Assembly (NCBI GenBank): GCA_017618175.1
Contig: JAFZUT010000022.1
Coordinates: 14,723 to 78,722 of the forward strand
DNA from: Alphaproteobacteria bacterium
Lineage (GTDB): Bacteria; Pseudomonadota; Alphaproteobacteria; Rs-D84
Length of the DNA stretch: 64,000 nt
Direction of reading: 5' to 3'
A model generated the notes under the pieces. That model searched no databases, was not told the origin of the DNA, and saw only the letters and a program-made list of their open reading frames with translations. Every line of letters begins with the position of its first letter. Position 1 is the first letter of the stretch. Positions 46,832-56,933 of this stretch are shown in pieces. The translations under genes were made by a program, and so were the position numbers.

Positions 46832-48082
46832 TTACTCGACACAGATTACATCATATTGCGCTGCCTCTTCTGTACTTGCAGAAGTATTTTTTACAACCTG
46901 AATATCACTGCACGGCGTGTCACCCGGGTCACCTTTCAGGTCTTCTTTGGCGGCCAAAACCGCGACCGTGGTGTTGCCTTCTTTTAATACATATGAGAGC
47001 ACCCCATCGACCGTTTCTTCGGCGAACGTGACGTTTTTGGACAACTTGTTTGCCAGACCAGTGTTCGCCTGGGATGCCAAGCTGTATGTTGCCACCAACC
47101 CAGTGTTTTCATTATTAACCTGGTTCGCGGTTGTGTTTGCGGTTGATTGTGCCGCGCTTGCCGCACTGGCCGCATTTTCCGCCGCGGTTTGTGCAGTGCT
47201 GATTGCCGTAGAAATTGCACTGGCGTTTTCTGTGGTTATCGCCTTGCAGATATTATACGCCGCACCGGTATCTTGGCGTGTGCATTCCATATATGTCCCG
47301 CCGTTGCCACTGCAAATATCTTTGTTGGATGAAATAATCGGCGTACATGTATCCTGGTAATTGGTGGTATTGGTGCCACCGTCGCACATCGTTTGTTGTA
47401 ACGCCACATAACCCGCCGCGGTCGCCGTTGGCGCGGTATATGTCTTGGTATATGTTTTTACCGCCGTTGCCGCATTTGCAACATCATCGCAAACACCAAC
47501 GCCATCCGGGATTTCAAATGATTGACTGGTTGAACCACATGTATATTGTGCGGTCGTTTTATGTGTTGCCGCATTGTGCGCCGTTGTAAATGTTGGTACA
47601 CATGGGTCCTCGGCATCGGCACCGTTTGCCACCGTGAACGAACCAATTGTTTCATTTGTACAACTGTTTTTCATGGTCGTTCTAACCGCATCTTTGCCAT
47701 CAACGGTTGTAGTGGTGGTTTCTGCGGTAATCGCGCATGTTTGACCGGCCGGTCCTTGTTCACCTTGGGGTCCTTGTTCACCCTGTTCACCCTTGAACGG
47801 AACACCACCGCCCGGGCATTCCGGGAACGATGTACCATTATAGATATATAACAAACCTTCTTCACGGTTATAGTATGCATCACCTTGGACCATACCGGTC
47901 AGGCCGGCCAACTCGTCACAATCTGCGACCTCACCACGATATGTAATACCCACACCCGGCACACCCTGGGGACCACGTTCCACAACGATGCTGCCGATGA
48001 CACGATCTGCGTGCGCATTTGCACCAATCAACATTGCAACCGTTGCACAGATTCCGCCAAAGATTATTTTATTTGTTTTCAT
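46832..48082 (-). CDS. Secreted collagen-like/fibre paralog (416 aa)
   Basis: Signal peptide. The same ADRVIGSIVV N-terminus. GPQGVPGVG and GEQGEQGPQGEQGPAG triplets. It shares the central block DGVGVCD...AAGY...MCD...QDTC...CKAI...TAQ with the 616-aa protein. Confidence 0.8.
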   Translation of the reverse strand: MKTNKIIFGGICATVAMLIGANAHADRVIGSIVVERGPQGVPGVGITYRGEVADCDELAGLTGMVQGDAYYNREEGLLYIYNGTSFPECPGGGVPFKGEQGEQGPQGEQGPAGQTCAITAETTTTTVDGKDAVRTTMKNSCTNETIGSFTVANGADAEDPCVPTFTTAHNAATHKTTAQYTCGSTSQSFEIPDGVGVCDDVANAATAVKTYTKTYTAPTATAAGYVALQQTMCDGGTNTTNYQDTCTPIISSNKDICSGNGGTYMECTRQDTGAAYNICKAITTENASAISTAISTAQTAAENAASAASAAQSTANTTANQVNNENTGLVATYSLASQANTGLANKLSKNVTFAEETVDGVLSYVLKEGNTTVAVLAAKEDLKGDPGDTPCSDIQVVKNTSASTEEAAQYDVICVE

Positions 48083-48126
48083 TTTCGCTTCCTTTTGTTC
48101 CTAAATTATTGTTTGTTTATTTGTTT

Positions 48127-48951
48127 TTATTCCTTGCAGACAAGATCGTACTTGGTGGCACCATCCGCCCCAGAATACGCCGTATCTTGTTCTAATTCTA
48201 TACCGCCCGGACATGGGATTGCGCCATCCGCGCCCTTGGACACTGTGTATTGACCCAAAACCTTGGTATCATCATTCACACAGGTTATCGTGACACGCGT
48301 ATCGCCATCCGCGGTGATTGCCGATGAATATTTAGGTTCACACGCATCCGCACCGGTCGTGCCCGTGGCACCGGTAATTTCGTCCAAAGAAACCAAATCT
48401 ACCCACGCTTCGCCAGAACCCTTGACGCGCCATTGAATCGCGGTAGTGGTTTTTTGTAATTCTATATTTTTACCGTCCGCACCGGCAAAATCCGATTTGT
48501 TTGCGAACGTTTGCCACGAATCATCTGAATCTTGATATTGCAAATCACCGGTTGAATCAACATACCGAATGGCCGCAGTCGGTTTTATCGCCGCAATTTT
48601 TTCATCTACTTCAGAATTTATAATATCACGCACCGCATTTTCATCAACACCGGCGTTTGCCAAATCGGCAACATCTTGGGCCAATTGGTCCAGTTTATCT
48701 TTCAAATCCCCCACTTGGGCCGCCGATGCCGCCGACGGCAGTTTTGGTTTAGTACTGATATTGGTTGGGCCCGGCAAAGTGGCCATACGCGAAGACGCAG
48801 ATGTTGTCGCCACCGGATTCGACACCGATTTTACAGATTGCGTCGCGGGGTTGACCCTTAGACTGCCCGACCGAGATGTAGAAGCCGCAATCGCGACCCC
48901 CGCACCAATGGTCAAAGCAAACACACTTACCACAAGTTTTTTACCAAACAT
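48127..48951 (-). CDS. Secreted protein (274 aa) sharing the Cys module and C-terminal YD(L/V)(V/I)C(K/V)E ending with the 416-aa protein
   Basis: Signal peptide, GATGTTGADAC, and the ending ...KYDLVCKE compared with ...QYDVICVE. Confidence 0.7.
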   Translation of the reverse strand: MFGKKLVVSVFALTIGAGVAIAASTSRSGSLRVNPATQSVKSVSNPVATTSASSRMATLPGPTNISTKPKLPSAASAAQVGDLKDKLDQLAQDVADLANAGVDENAVRDIINSEVDEKIAAIKPTAAIRYVDSTGDLQYQDSDDSWQTFANKSDFAGADGKNIELQKTTTAIQWRVKGSGEAWVDLVSLDEITGATGTTGADACEPKYSSAITADGDTRVTITCVNDDTKVLGQYTVSKGADGAIPCPGGIELEQDTAYSGADGATKYDLVCKE

Positions 48952-48984
48952 TACCTTTCCTTTTTGCTCGTTTTATCCAGTTCA

Positions 48985-51369
48985 TCAATTGGCAATGATG
49001 TAACACACACCATCCAAATAATACCCTGTACCCAATTCGCCGCATTTGTAACGATACCACCCATCATACAACACACAGGTCTGGGTTGCCTCGTTCCATT
49101 CTGCAAATTTTTCATCTTTATCTTCGCCCAATCTTTCATATTCTTGGCACGCAAGATACGCACTGTTTTTATAACAATATCCATAGTCGGCACCGGTGGC
49201 CTTGCCAGAAGTATTGTCGGGCAAATATCCCCCAAATGCCGTATTATAGAACGATTGCAAATATGTAGAGTTGGGTTCGGGCTGTGGCACCCACATACCA
49301 CCCAAATCATTACAAACCTCGGCCAGTGATGAACTTAACGCGTCACGAACCCCGGCAATCAAAGAATCAATCTGTACCCGTATCTGGGGCATTTGGTTAC
49401 CCAAATCGGTATAAGTTTTGATTTCGTTTGTTTTTAACGGGTCACGACAATTTTGCAACGCAAAATTCTCCAACGTTTCACGCAAATTGTTGGTACCACT
49501 GCCACTAAATGTCATACTGCGACAATTATATGGATATGAATATGTGGTATTATCAGGCGTACACAGTTTCGTCACATATTCTTGCAGGGCGTTTTCGCAC
49601 TTTTCGACAACATTCAAAGAATCCACCGTTTCAACATAATTCAACAAAGACGCAAGTCCGCATGTTTTCGCATTACTGGTCAAATGACCACGGTTATCGA
49701 ATGTGCAGGTGCTGGTTTCTGTTTGGCTGCCATACAATGCGGCACAGGTCGTCACCTTTTCGCGACACATATCACGCGCAGTATACCGTCCCAGTGCCGC
49801 GGCCGTAGTTGCCGTGTTTTTATCAAAATTCTTTAATGCGTTTGTTTGGGTATCATAACATTCCGCCATCGTGTCCACACAGGACGATTTGACTTCTTCA
49901 ATCTTTGCGCTTTGTGCCTGGGCAATTTCAATAATTGCATTCCGTTTGAATTCCGTCCATACAAAGTCCGCAATATCACGACATGTATCCAATTCACGCG
50001 TCACATATTTACGATAATTTTCCAAATATTTATCGTAACTGGGGTTTTGTTGCAACACATCACCATTGATATCACCGCTTAATGATATAGTCTCTTCCAA
50101 CTTAAATAACCGCGGGCTGTAAATCGGTTCGCCCGTTGCGCCATTGATATATGCCCCCGTAGGGTCCAAACAACGTTTATAGTTTGCACCACACGCGGTA
50201 TCCGCCAAAATCGCATCACGAACCTTGGCAATGCATTCGTTCACGTCCGCCGAATTGTGCGAACGGTATTCTTCCAAACGTGCCTCGCGCAAGTATTTTT
50301 CGGCCGTACGTACGGCCTGGGCCACGGTTTCGCGTTTTTTGTTCAAATTCTTTTCATATATGTTGCAATCTTGGGTTATCAAAATATTGTACGAACTGCG
50401 CGACATAGAAAACATCGCATCACTGCTGCAATTATTTTGGGTTAAACGGACACATTGATTCTGTGCCGCATTAAACAATGCCGTGCCTTCCAACGTGGAC
50501 ATATCTGTGCCACTGGACGAAAATATGGAACTGGCATCGCTTGACCAAATGTCATCAAAATCTGTGGTAAAGTCTAAATCCAATATCCCCAAAGAACCAG
50601 ATGAAGACGAATAAGACGAAGACGATTTTCCCGACAACAAATCATTGATTGCATCCAACGCCTTGGCGGCGGCACTGGTATCTTTCTTGATAGCCAACTC
50701 GCCAACGGTCGGGGAATACATTGCTTCAACTTCGGCCGCGGTTTTATCAACAACATTCAAATTGTTATCTTGGAACTGTTGCAACATAATCATTGCCTGG
50801 TCCAAAGAATTTTCTATGTCACGGAATTTTGTAAAACGATCACTGCAAAAACACCGGCGATATGTTTCATTGGCGTTTGCACACATTTGATCCATGCAGG
50901 TTGCGTACGATTCGCGACATTCGGCGTATCCGCCACCAATCTTGCTAACATCATTATATACCGCGGTGGCGCGGGCGGTTGCACTGCGCGCAACGCCCTT
51001 GGGGCCCGATGCGACATTTGCACCCGCACGCGCGTTTGTTGTGCCGGACTTGGCACTGCGTGCACGCGCGGTTGGCACCGCACTGCGTGTAGAAGAATTT
51101 GCACGCGTATTTTGAGAATCAACCCTTACGGCGGTCAATGTTGTCGCACTGCGACCGCCATTGGCATTTACGCGCGTCGGCCCAATTATGCGTATACGTG
51201 TCGGCGACGCAGTCGCACGACGTGATTGAGTGTCAGTGTTGACCTGTCGCGATACAGATTCCGAATCGGACACGCGCGGATTGGGTGCTTGGACCGCACA
51301 GGACACATCGACAAAAAACATTGCCAAAAAGGTGCAAAACCAAGAAAAAATCCCTTTCGTCCTTAACAC
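48985..51369 (-). CDS. Large secreted Cys-rich protein (794 aa) with an Arg/Ser/Thr-rich N-terminal region
   Basis: Signal peptide and more than 30 Cys. The CRESYATCMDQMC motif is shared with the 15008 ORF. Confidence 0.75.
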   Translation of the reverse strand: MLRTKGIFSWFCTFLAMFFVDVSCAVQAPNPRVSDSESVSRQVNTDTQSRRATASPTRIRIIGPTRVNANGGRSATTLTAVRVDSQNTRANSSTRSAVPTARARSAKSGTTNARAGANVASGPKGVARSATARATAVYNDVSKIGGGYAECRESYATCMDQMCANANETYRRCFCSDRFTKFRDIENSLDQAMIMLQQFQDNNLNVVDKTAAEVEAMYSPTVGELAIKKDTSAAAKALDAINDLLSGKSSSSYSSSSGSLGILDLDFTTDFDDIWSSDASSIFSSSGTDMSTLEGTALFNAAQNQCVRLTQNNCSSDAMFSMSRSSYNILITQDCNIYEKNLNKKRETVAQAVRTAEKYLREARLEEYRSHNSADVNECIAKVRDAILADTACGANYKRCLDPTGAYINGATGEPIYSPRLFKLEETISLSGDINGDVLQQNPSYDKYLENYRKYVTRELDTCRDIADFVWTEFKRNAIIEIAQAQSAKIEEVKSSCVDTMAECYDTQTNALKNFDKNTATTAAALGRYTARDMCREKVTTCAALYGSQTETSTCTFDNRGHLTSNAKTCGLASLLNYVETVDSLNVVEKCENALQEYVTKLCTPDNTTYSYPYNCRSMTFSGSGTNNLRETLENFALQNCRDPLKTNEIKTYTDLGNQMPQIRVQIDSLIAGVRDALSSSLAEVCNDLGGMWVPQPEPNSTYLQSFYNTAFGGYLPDNTSGKATGADYGYCYKNSAYLACQEYERLGEDKDEKFAEWNEATQTCVLYDGWYRYKCGELGTGYYLDGVCYIIAN

Positions 51370-51428
51370 TTCACTCCCTTCAACCGCGATTATAGTAAAA
51401 ATCCCAAATTTGAATCAACCTGTTTTTT

Positions 51429-52016
51429 TTATTCTATACAACAATTCACAGTTTTTTTAACCCAATCGCCCAATTTCTGGACGGCTGAACGCGATTCAAC
51501 CATTTCTTTTTTTACATCTTTTGATTTTTTCGCATCTTTATCCAAAACGGCACTGTAAAATTCAGGTTCCGTTTCCTGAACACCGCTAAGGTCTATCATT
51601 TTCATATTTAATCCCCAAAACAGTGAATATAATTCGTATGCGCGTTCAAACATTTTATATGCGTCTTTTTTATTACCGGCACCCATTGCCTTGGTGCCAA
51701 CTTCATACAAACGCATAGATGCCGCCAACAAATGCTTTGATATACACCAAACTTCGTTACCTTGTTTGCCGGTTTTATCAACGATTCGTTCCATCAATTC
51801 TTTGCGCATATTCCGCACAACATTTATCAAATCGTAAAATCCCGGCTGTTTTGTTTTGGCGCCACTGAAAAAGAAATGTTCTTCTAATGACACCAAGTTC
51901 ATCAAAGCAATAGACAAATCTTGGTCAGAAGACAAATCCAAAGGATTTATCTTTTTTGATTCATCAACTTTTTTAACCATTTCTTCCAAAGACATTTTCT
52001 TTGTGCTGTTTTTCAT
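51429..52016 (-). CDS. Hypothetical soluble protein (195 aa)
   Basis: Compact helical-looking ORF 18 nt downstream of the membrane protein gene. No motif recognised. Confidence 0.6.
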   Translation of the reverse strand: MKNSTKKMSLEEMVKKVDESKKINPLDLSSDQDLSIALMNLVSLEEHFFFSGAKTKQPGFYDLINVVRNMRKELMERIVDKTGKQGNEVWCISKHLLAASMRLYEVGTKAMGAGNKKDAYKMFERAYELYSLFWGLNMKMIDLSGVQETEPEFYSAVLDKDAKKSKDVKKEMVESRSAVQKLGDWVKKTVNCCIE

Positions 52017-52034
52017 CTTTTTCTCCTTGTTAAC

Positions 52035-52526
52035 TTACGCGGCTAATTTGGCAACAATAAAACTTGCAATAAATAACATAACCAACGCCAAAACGACCTT
52101 TTCAAATGGGAAATGCGCATGATTATTATTGCGACGTTTCATAAATTCATATAACTTTTGCGATAAAATATAAATTGCACCGCCAACCATGGCCCAGAAC
52201 AAAAATGCATCAATTATCCAATAACACCGGTTGTAGGTTAAATGTTTTATATACAGACCCGCAATCACCGAAAAAGACAACAATATTAAAATAATATCAC
52301 GTCCCCAAAAATGCCAATTTTTCTTGTCAAACCACTTGATAAGCCAATATCCCATTAAAACCAAAAATGCACCAACCCAAATTGCAACCGCATTATCACA
52401 AACCCCAAGTTTTCTTGATATAGATAACGTGGCGCCAATGGCAATTGTGCACACCGCACAGGCAGGATTTGCAAAAGATTTACCCGTCAAAAACGCCCCC
52501 GTCAAACCAACTAACAGTTTTTTCAT
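52035..52526 (-). CDS. Polytopic membrane protein (163 aa) with an N-terminal CAVC motif
   Basis: Four to five hydrophobic helices. NPACAVCTIAIG...GVCDN. Confidence 0.6.
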   Translation of the reverse strand: MKKLLVGLTGAFLTGKSFANPACAVCTIAIGATLSISRKLGVCDNAVAIWVGAFLVLMGYWLIKWFDKKNWHFWGRDIILILLSFSVIAGLYIKHLTYNRCYWIIDAFLFWAMVGGAIYILSQKLYEFMKRRNNNHAHFPFEKVVLALVMLFIASFIVAKLAA

Positions 52527-52579
52527 TTCCTTTCCTTTTTTTGTCTTTTTGTAATCTTACAAAAATCATTCGCATGGGG

Positions 52580-53428
52580 TCAACATGATTTTACGACCCC
52601 GCGCATATGCGCGCTGCGTGCACGCGGATTTTTTTCAACCTCTTGTTTTGTGGGTGTTTGCGCGCGCATTAATTCAAATTTTGGTTGTGATGTTTGTGGC
52701 ATACGTGGGTCACCCGGCGTGACCGTCCAATCGCGAAAAGTACCTTTGACGACCCTGTCTTCCAACGAATGAAACGTCACACAAATGCATTTGCCTCCAA
52801 TGTTTAATAAACCCGGCACCGAATCCAACGCGCGTTGCAATTCACCCATTTCATCATTTACAGCGATACGCAACGCCTGAAAGGTTGGGGCAATATCACG
52901 CGGATTATGAATCAAATCACGCAATTCAAATGTGGTCGTGGGCATTTTTTGTTTTATTGCATTTGCAATCGCCACCGCCGGTTTAACATCACCATAATCG
53001 CGCAGGATTTTTGTTATATCAGCCACCGTCCATTGTTCAAACATTTCACAAACCGTTGGCCCATTGCCCGACATACGCATATCCAACGGCGCATCGGCAC
53101 GAAAGGAAAACCCACGTTCCGGATTATCAATTTGCATTGAAGAAATCCCCAAATCGAAAACAATCGCATCAAATTTATCGGTCAATTCCGCCATTGCCGA
53201 AAACGGTCGTGGCACAAACTCAAATCTCGCGCCAAATTCTTGTTTGATTTTTTGTGCGTCATCCAACACATTGGGGTCGCGGTCAAACGCCAAAACATTC
53301 GCACCCGCATTCAAAAACGCCCGCGCATACCCGCCCGCGCCAAATGTCGCATCTATGACGCGTGCACCACGAATATCGCCAACCGCATTCATAACCGCAT
53401 CCAACAAAACCGGAATATGCTTTATCAT
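52580..53428 (-). CDS. rsmH: 16S rRNA (cytosine1402-N4)-methyltransferase
   Basis: HIPVLLDAV...DATFGAGGY...DLGISSMQID...SLEDR. Confidence 0.9.
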   Translation of the reverse strand: MIKHIPVLLDAVMNAVGDIRGARVIDATFGAGGYARAFLNAGANVLAFDRDPNVLDDAQKIKQEFGARFEFVPRPFSAMAELTDKFDAIVFDLGISSMQIDNPERGFSFRADAPLDMRMSGNGPTVCEMFEQWTVADITKILRDYGDVKPAVAIANAIKQKMPTTTFELRDLIHNPRDIAPTFQALRIAVNDEMGELQRALDSVPGLLNIGGKCICVTFHSLEDRVVKGTFRDWTVTPGDPRMPQTSQPKFELMRAQTPTKQEVEKNPRARSAHMRGVVKSC

Positions 53429-56400
53429 TCTATTGTCACCTTTATACCCAATCCTGTAAAATCTTTAATTGTGTTCTTGCCCAATTCGACACCGCCACGT
53501 AATTCAATTGTTGTTTTCTTGTCACCCGAATACAGATTTAATGCAACGCGCGTTTTCCCGACGGGCAGGGTGCTTAACGCCTTTTTCACATCCGCCAACA
53601 CAGATTGCGCCCGAATATCCAATGTAATCTTTTTCGCAATTCCCGCCACCCATTGCGCCAACGGCATAATAGAATCAACAAACACAGACACACGGTCATC
53701 ACGATTGGACAGGCGCCCAGAAATTACCACCTCGGTTTCCGTTCCTAAAACCCCGGTTAAATTCGCAACCGCATCACCAAACGCAACCGCATCAATATTG
53801 CCAAACCCATCGGATGCATTTATGGTTATCATTTCTTTGCCGGTCTTGGTTCGCCGATGCGAATAAGAATTCACATTTGCGGCGATTCGCACATTTGTAC
53901 GGTCCGGCATTTCGGCCAATTTCGTACTGGTCGCCAAACGCGCCCGACTAATCAAATGTTTATATTGATCCAAGGGATGCGCCGATATATAAAAACCCAA
54001 TGCTGACAATTCATTTTCCAATTTTTGACCGAACGTCCACGGTGTGGTTTTAACCAAATTCTTGGCCAAGCGATCTTCGGCAACATCGTCTTCAACCGTG
54101 TTTGCAAACAGCGATAACATATTTGCACTTTCTTTGGATTTTGCAGCATAGGATAAAATCATATCTGCGTTCATAAATATTTCTGCACGATTTGGATTGA
54201 TAGAATCCAACACACCAACCTTGGCAAAGGCCTCTAAAACACGCTTGTTTATTATCGGCGCACAACGTTTTGCAAAATCGGTTATGTTTTTGAATTTGCC
54301 CTTGGCACGTTCTGCAATAATCGCATCGGTTGCCGCAACACCAACACCCTTAATCGCGGCCAAAGCATAAATTATTTTGCCACCATCAACCGTGAACAAA
54401 GATTCACTTCTGTTAATATCTGGCGCAACAATTTGAATACCAAAGTTTGACTTTGCATCATCAACAAACAACGCCAATTGGTCGGTATCGTTCATATTAC
54501 TGGACATAGATGCCGCCAAAAATTCCGCCGGGAAATGCGCCTTAAGGTACGCACATTGATTTGCCACAATAGAATAGGCAATAGCGTGCGATTTGTTAAA
54601 TGCATACTTTGCGAATTCTTTGAACTTTTCCCACAAATCCTTGGCGGTCGCTTCATCCAAAGTTCCTTCTTTTTTACACCCATCCAAAAACTTAACTTCC
54701 AATTTCGCCAACAAATCCAATTTCTTTTTACCCATCGCCTTGCGCACAGTATCAGATTCGCCACGCGTGAATCCCGCCAAAGCGCGCGTCAATTGCATAA
54801 CCTGTTCTTGATAGACGATAATACCATAGGTTTCTTTTAATATTGGTTCTGCGCGCGGATGAACATACCCGATTTTTTCTTCACCATGCATACGCGCAAT
54901 AAATTGCGGAATAAATGCAATGGGCCCCGGTCGATTTAACGCATTTAACGCAGAAATTTCCAAAAAGTTTGTAGGATGCATCTTGCGCAATGTCTGTTGA
55001 ACAAACGGGGCATCAAATTGGAATATACCTTCGGTCATACCCGATTGCCACAACGCCAATGTTTTTTTATCATCGGTTGGAATATCGTCCAGATTTATAT
55101 TTTGTTGATGCGTTTTTTGGATAAGTTTTGTTGCATACTTTAACACAACCAAAGTTTCCAAACCCAAAAAGTCAAACTTTATCAACCCGGCCGATTCCAA
55201 ATAATGGCCATCAAATTGACACGAAGGCAACGGGTTTGCCGGGTCACGATAAACCGGCGCAATTTTTGTCGTTGGCCGGTCGCCAATAACAACACCACAC
55301 GCATGTTGCCCAAGGTTCCTAAATGAACCTTCTAATTCTTCGGCAATAGACACAACCTTGGCCATATCGGTGTCCGCGTTCAAAACATTTTGAATTTCTT
55401 GTGATGTATCAACGGCATCTTTTAACTTCTTTGCCTCCATTGGTATCATTTTGGAAAGCCGATCTGATTTAGAATACGGTATTCCATAAACACGTCCAAC
55501 ATCACGAATTGCGCCACGCGCCTGAAGACTGCCAAACGTTATGATACGACACACAGAATCGTGCCCGTATTTATCACAAATATATGCCAAAACTTGTTCA
55601 ATTCCGCCGGGTTCAAAATCAACATCGAAATCCGGCATAGAAATACGGTCTGGATTCAAGAACCGTTCAAACAACAATCCATACTGCAACGGGTTAACGT
55701 GTGTAATTCCCAACGCCCACGCAACGATGGACCCAGCACCCGAACCACGTCCCGGTCCGGTTAAAATATCGTGTTTTCTGCACCAATCGATATAGTCTGC
55801 AACAATAAGAAAATATCCCGGGAAACCCATCCCAATAATAACATCTAATTCATAATTTGCCTGTTCAAAATATGGGGCGGTGTCTGTAATGTTGTGTTGT
55901 TTCAATCGCGCGGTCAAACCATCCATTGTATTGTCGCGCAACATTTTACACTCGTCATCAAAATTATCACCAAAACGTGGCAACAACGGTTTTTCATGAA
56001 CATTTACAAAGAACGCACAACGCCGTGCTATATTGATTGTGTTTTCAATCGCTTCGGGCAAATCCGCAAAAGTATCAATTAGTTCCGCAGAACTCTTAAA
56101 GTATTGTTCCGATGATTTTCGTGGCCTGTCCGGGTCAATAACCTTGGTTTGATTAAGAACACAACTTAATGCATCTGCGGCCTCGTAATCGCCCGGACCG
56201 GCAAAACAAACATCATTTGTTGCAACAATTGGAATGTTCAAAGATTTTGCAACTTCTAAAAATGCCGGTTCTGTTTTTATCTCGGCCTCTAATCCGTGAC
56301 GTTGAATCTCGATATAAAACCGGTCACCAAATATTTTAACAAAATGTTCTGCATGATTCCGCGCCAAATTATCCTGGGCATTTAATATTGCCATACCAAT

Positions 56401-56832
56401 CGGCCCGGTATGCGCGCCCGACAAACAAATAACACCGGCCGAATGCGATTCCAACTCATCAAAAGTAATATATGGCCCCAGATGATGATTCTCGCCACGC
56501 ATATACATAACACGACTTAGTTCACACAAATTCAAATACCCATCATGATTTTGTGCCAACAAAACAACCTTGGACAAAGAAGATGTGCGCAACATTTTGG
56601 GGTCGGCCGTATGATGGTTCAATGTTATTTCTACGCCAACAATTGGTTGAACGCCGGCGGACGGCATAACATCCGAAAATTCCGCGCATCCCGACATCAT
56701 ATTCGTGTCGGTTAATGCACACGCAAACATATCATTTTCCAAACAAAGTTTTGGAATTTTTTTAACCTCTATGGTGCTGGCCCCGATGGACAGACGACTG
56801 TGCGTGCGAAGATGAATAAATGTTCCTTTCAT
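53425..56832 (-). CDS. dnaE: DNA polymerase III alpha subunit
   Basis: FIHLRTHS PHP domain, GPGRGSGAGS, and a polymerase core, length about 1135 aa. Start taken at the ATG at 56832. Confidence 0.95.
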   Translation of the reverse strand: MKGTFIHLRTHSRLSIGASTIEVKKIPKLCLENDMFACALTDTNMMSGCAEFSDVMPSAGVQPIVGVEITLNHHTADPKMLRTSSLSKVVLLAQNHDGYLNLCELSRVMYMRGENHHLGPYITFDELESHSAGVICLSGAHTGPIGMAILNAQDNLARNHAEHFVKIFGDRFYIEIQRHGLEAEIKTEPAFLEVAKSLNIPIVATNDVCFAGPGDYEAADALSCVLNQTKVIDPDRPRKSSEQYFKSSAELIDTFADLPEAIENTINIARRCAFFVNVHEKPLLPRFGDNFDDECKMLRDNTMDGLTARLKQHNITDTAPYFEQANYELDVIIGMGFPGYFLIVADYIDWCRKHDILTGPGRGSGAGSIVAWALGITHVNPLQYGLLFERFLNPDRISMPDFDVDFEPGGIEQVLAYICDKYGHDSVCRIITFGSLQARGAIRDVGRVYGIPYSKSDRLSKMIPMEAKKLKDAVDTSQEIQNVLNADTDMAKVVSIAEELEGSFRNLGQHACGVVIGDRPTTKIAPVYRDPANPLPSCQFDGHYLESAGLIKFDFLGLETLVVLKYATKLIQKTHQQNINLDDIPTDDKKTLALWQSGMTEGIFQFDAPFVQQTLRKMHPTNFLEISALNALNRPGPIAFIPQFIARMHGEEKIGYVHPRAEPILKETYGIIVYQEQVMQLTRALAGFTRGESDTVRKAMGKKKLDLLAKLEVKFLDGCKKEGTLDEATAKDLWEKFKEFAKYAFNKSHAIAYSIVANQCAYLKAHFPAEFLAASMSSNMNDTDQLALFVDDAKSNFGIQIVAPDINRSESLFTVDGGKIIYALAAIKGVGVAATDAIIAERAKGKFKNITDFAKRCAPIINKRVLEAFAKVGVLDSINPNRAEIFMNADMILSYAAKSKESANMLSLFANTVEDDVAEDRLAKNLVKTTPWTFGQKLENELSALGFYISAHPLDQYKHLISRARLATSTKLAEMPDRTNVRIAANVNSYSHRRTKTGKEMITINASDGFGNIDAVAFGDAVANLTGVLGTETEVVISGRLSNRDDRVSVFVDSIMPLAQWVAGIAKKITLDIRAQSVLADVKKALSTLPVGKTRVALNLYSGDKKTTIELRGGVELGKNTIKDFTGLGIKVTIE

Positions 56833-56904
56833 ACAACGCACACTAGCAAATTTTAACACCCAAGGCAATCACATATTTTGAAAAAATTCATTTTTTTGTT
56901 AATT

Positions 56905-56926
56905 AAAAACCCCGGTTTTACGGGGC
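56905..56926 (-). terminator. secA terminator
   Basis: CCCCG/CGGGG hairpin followed by a T-run on the minus strand. Confidence 0.6.
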
Positions 56927-56933
56927 TTTTAAT

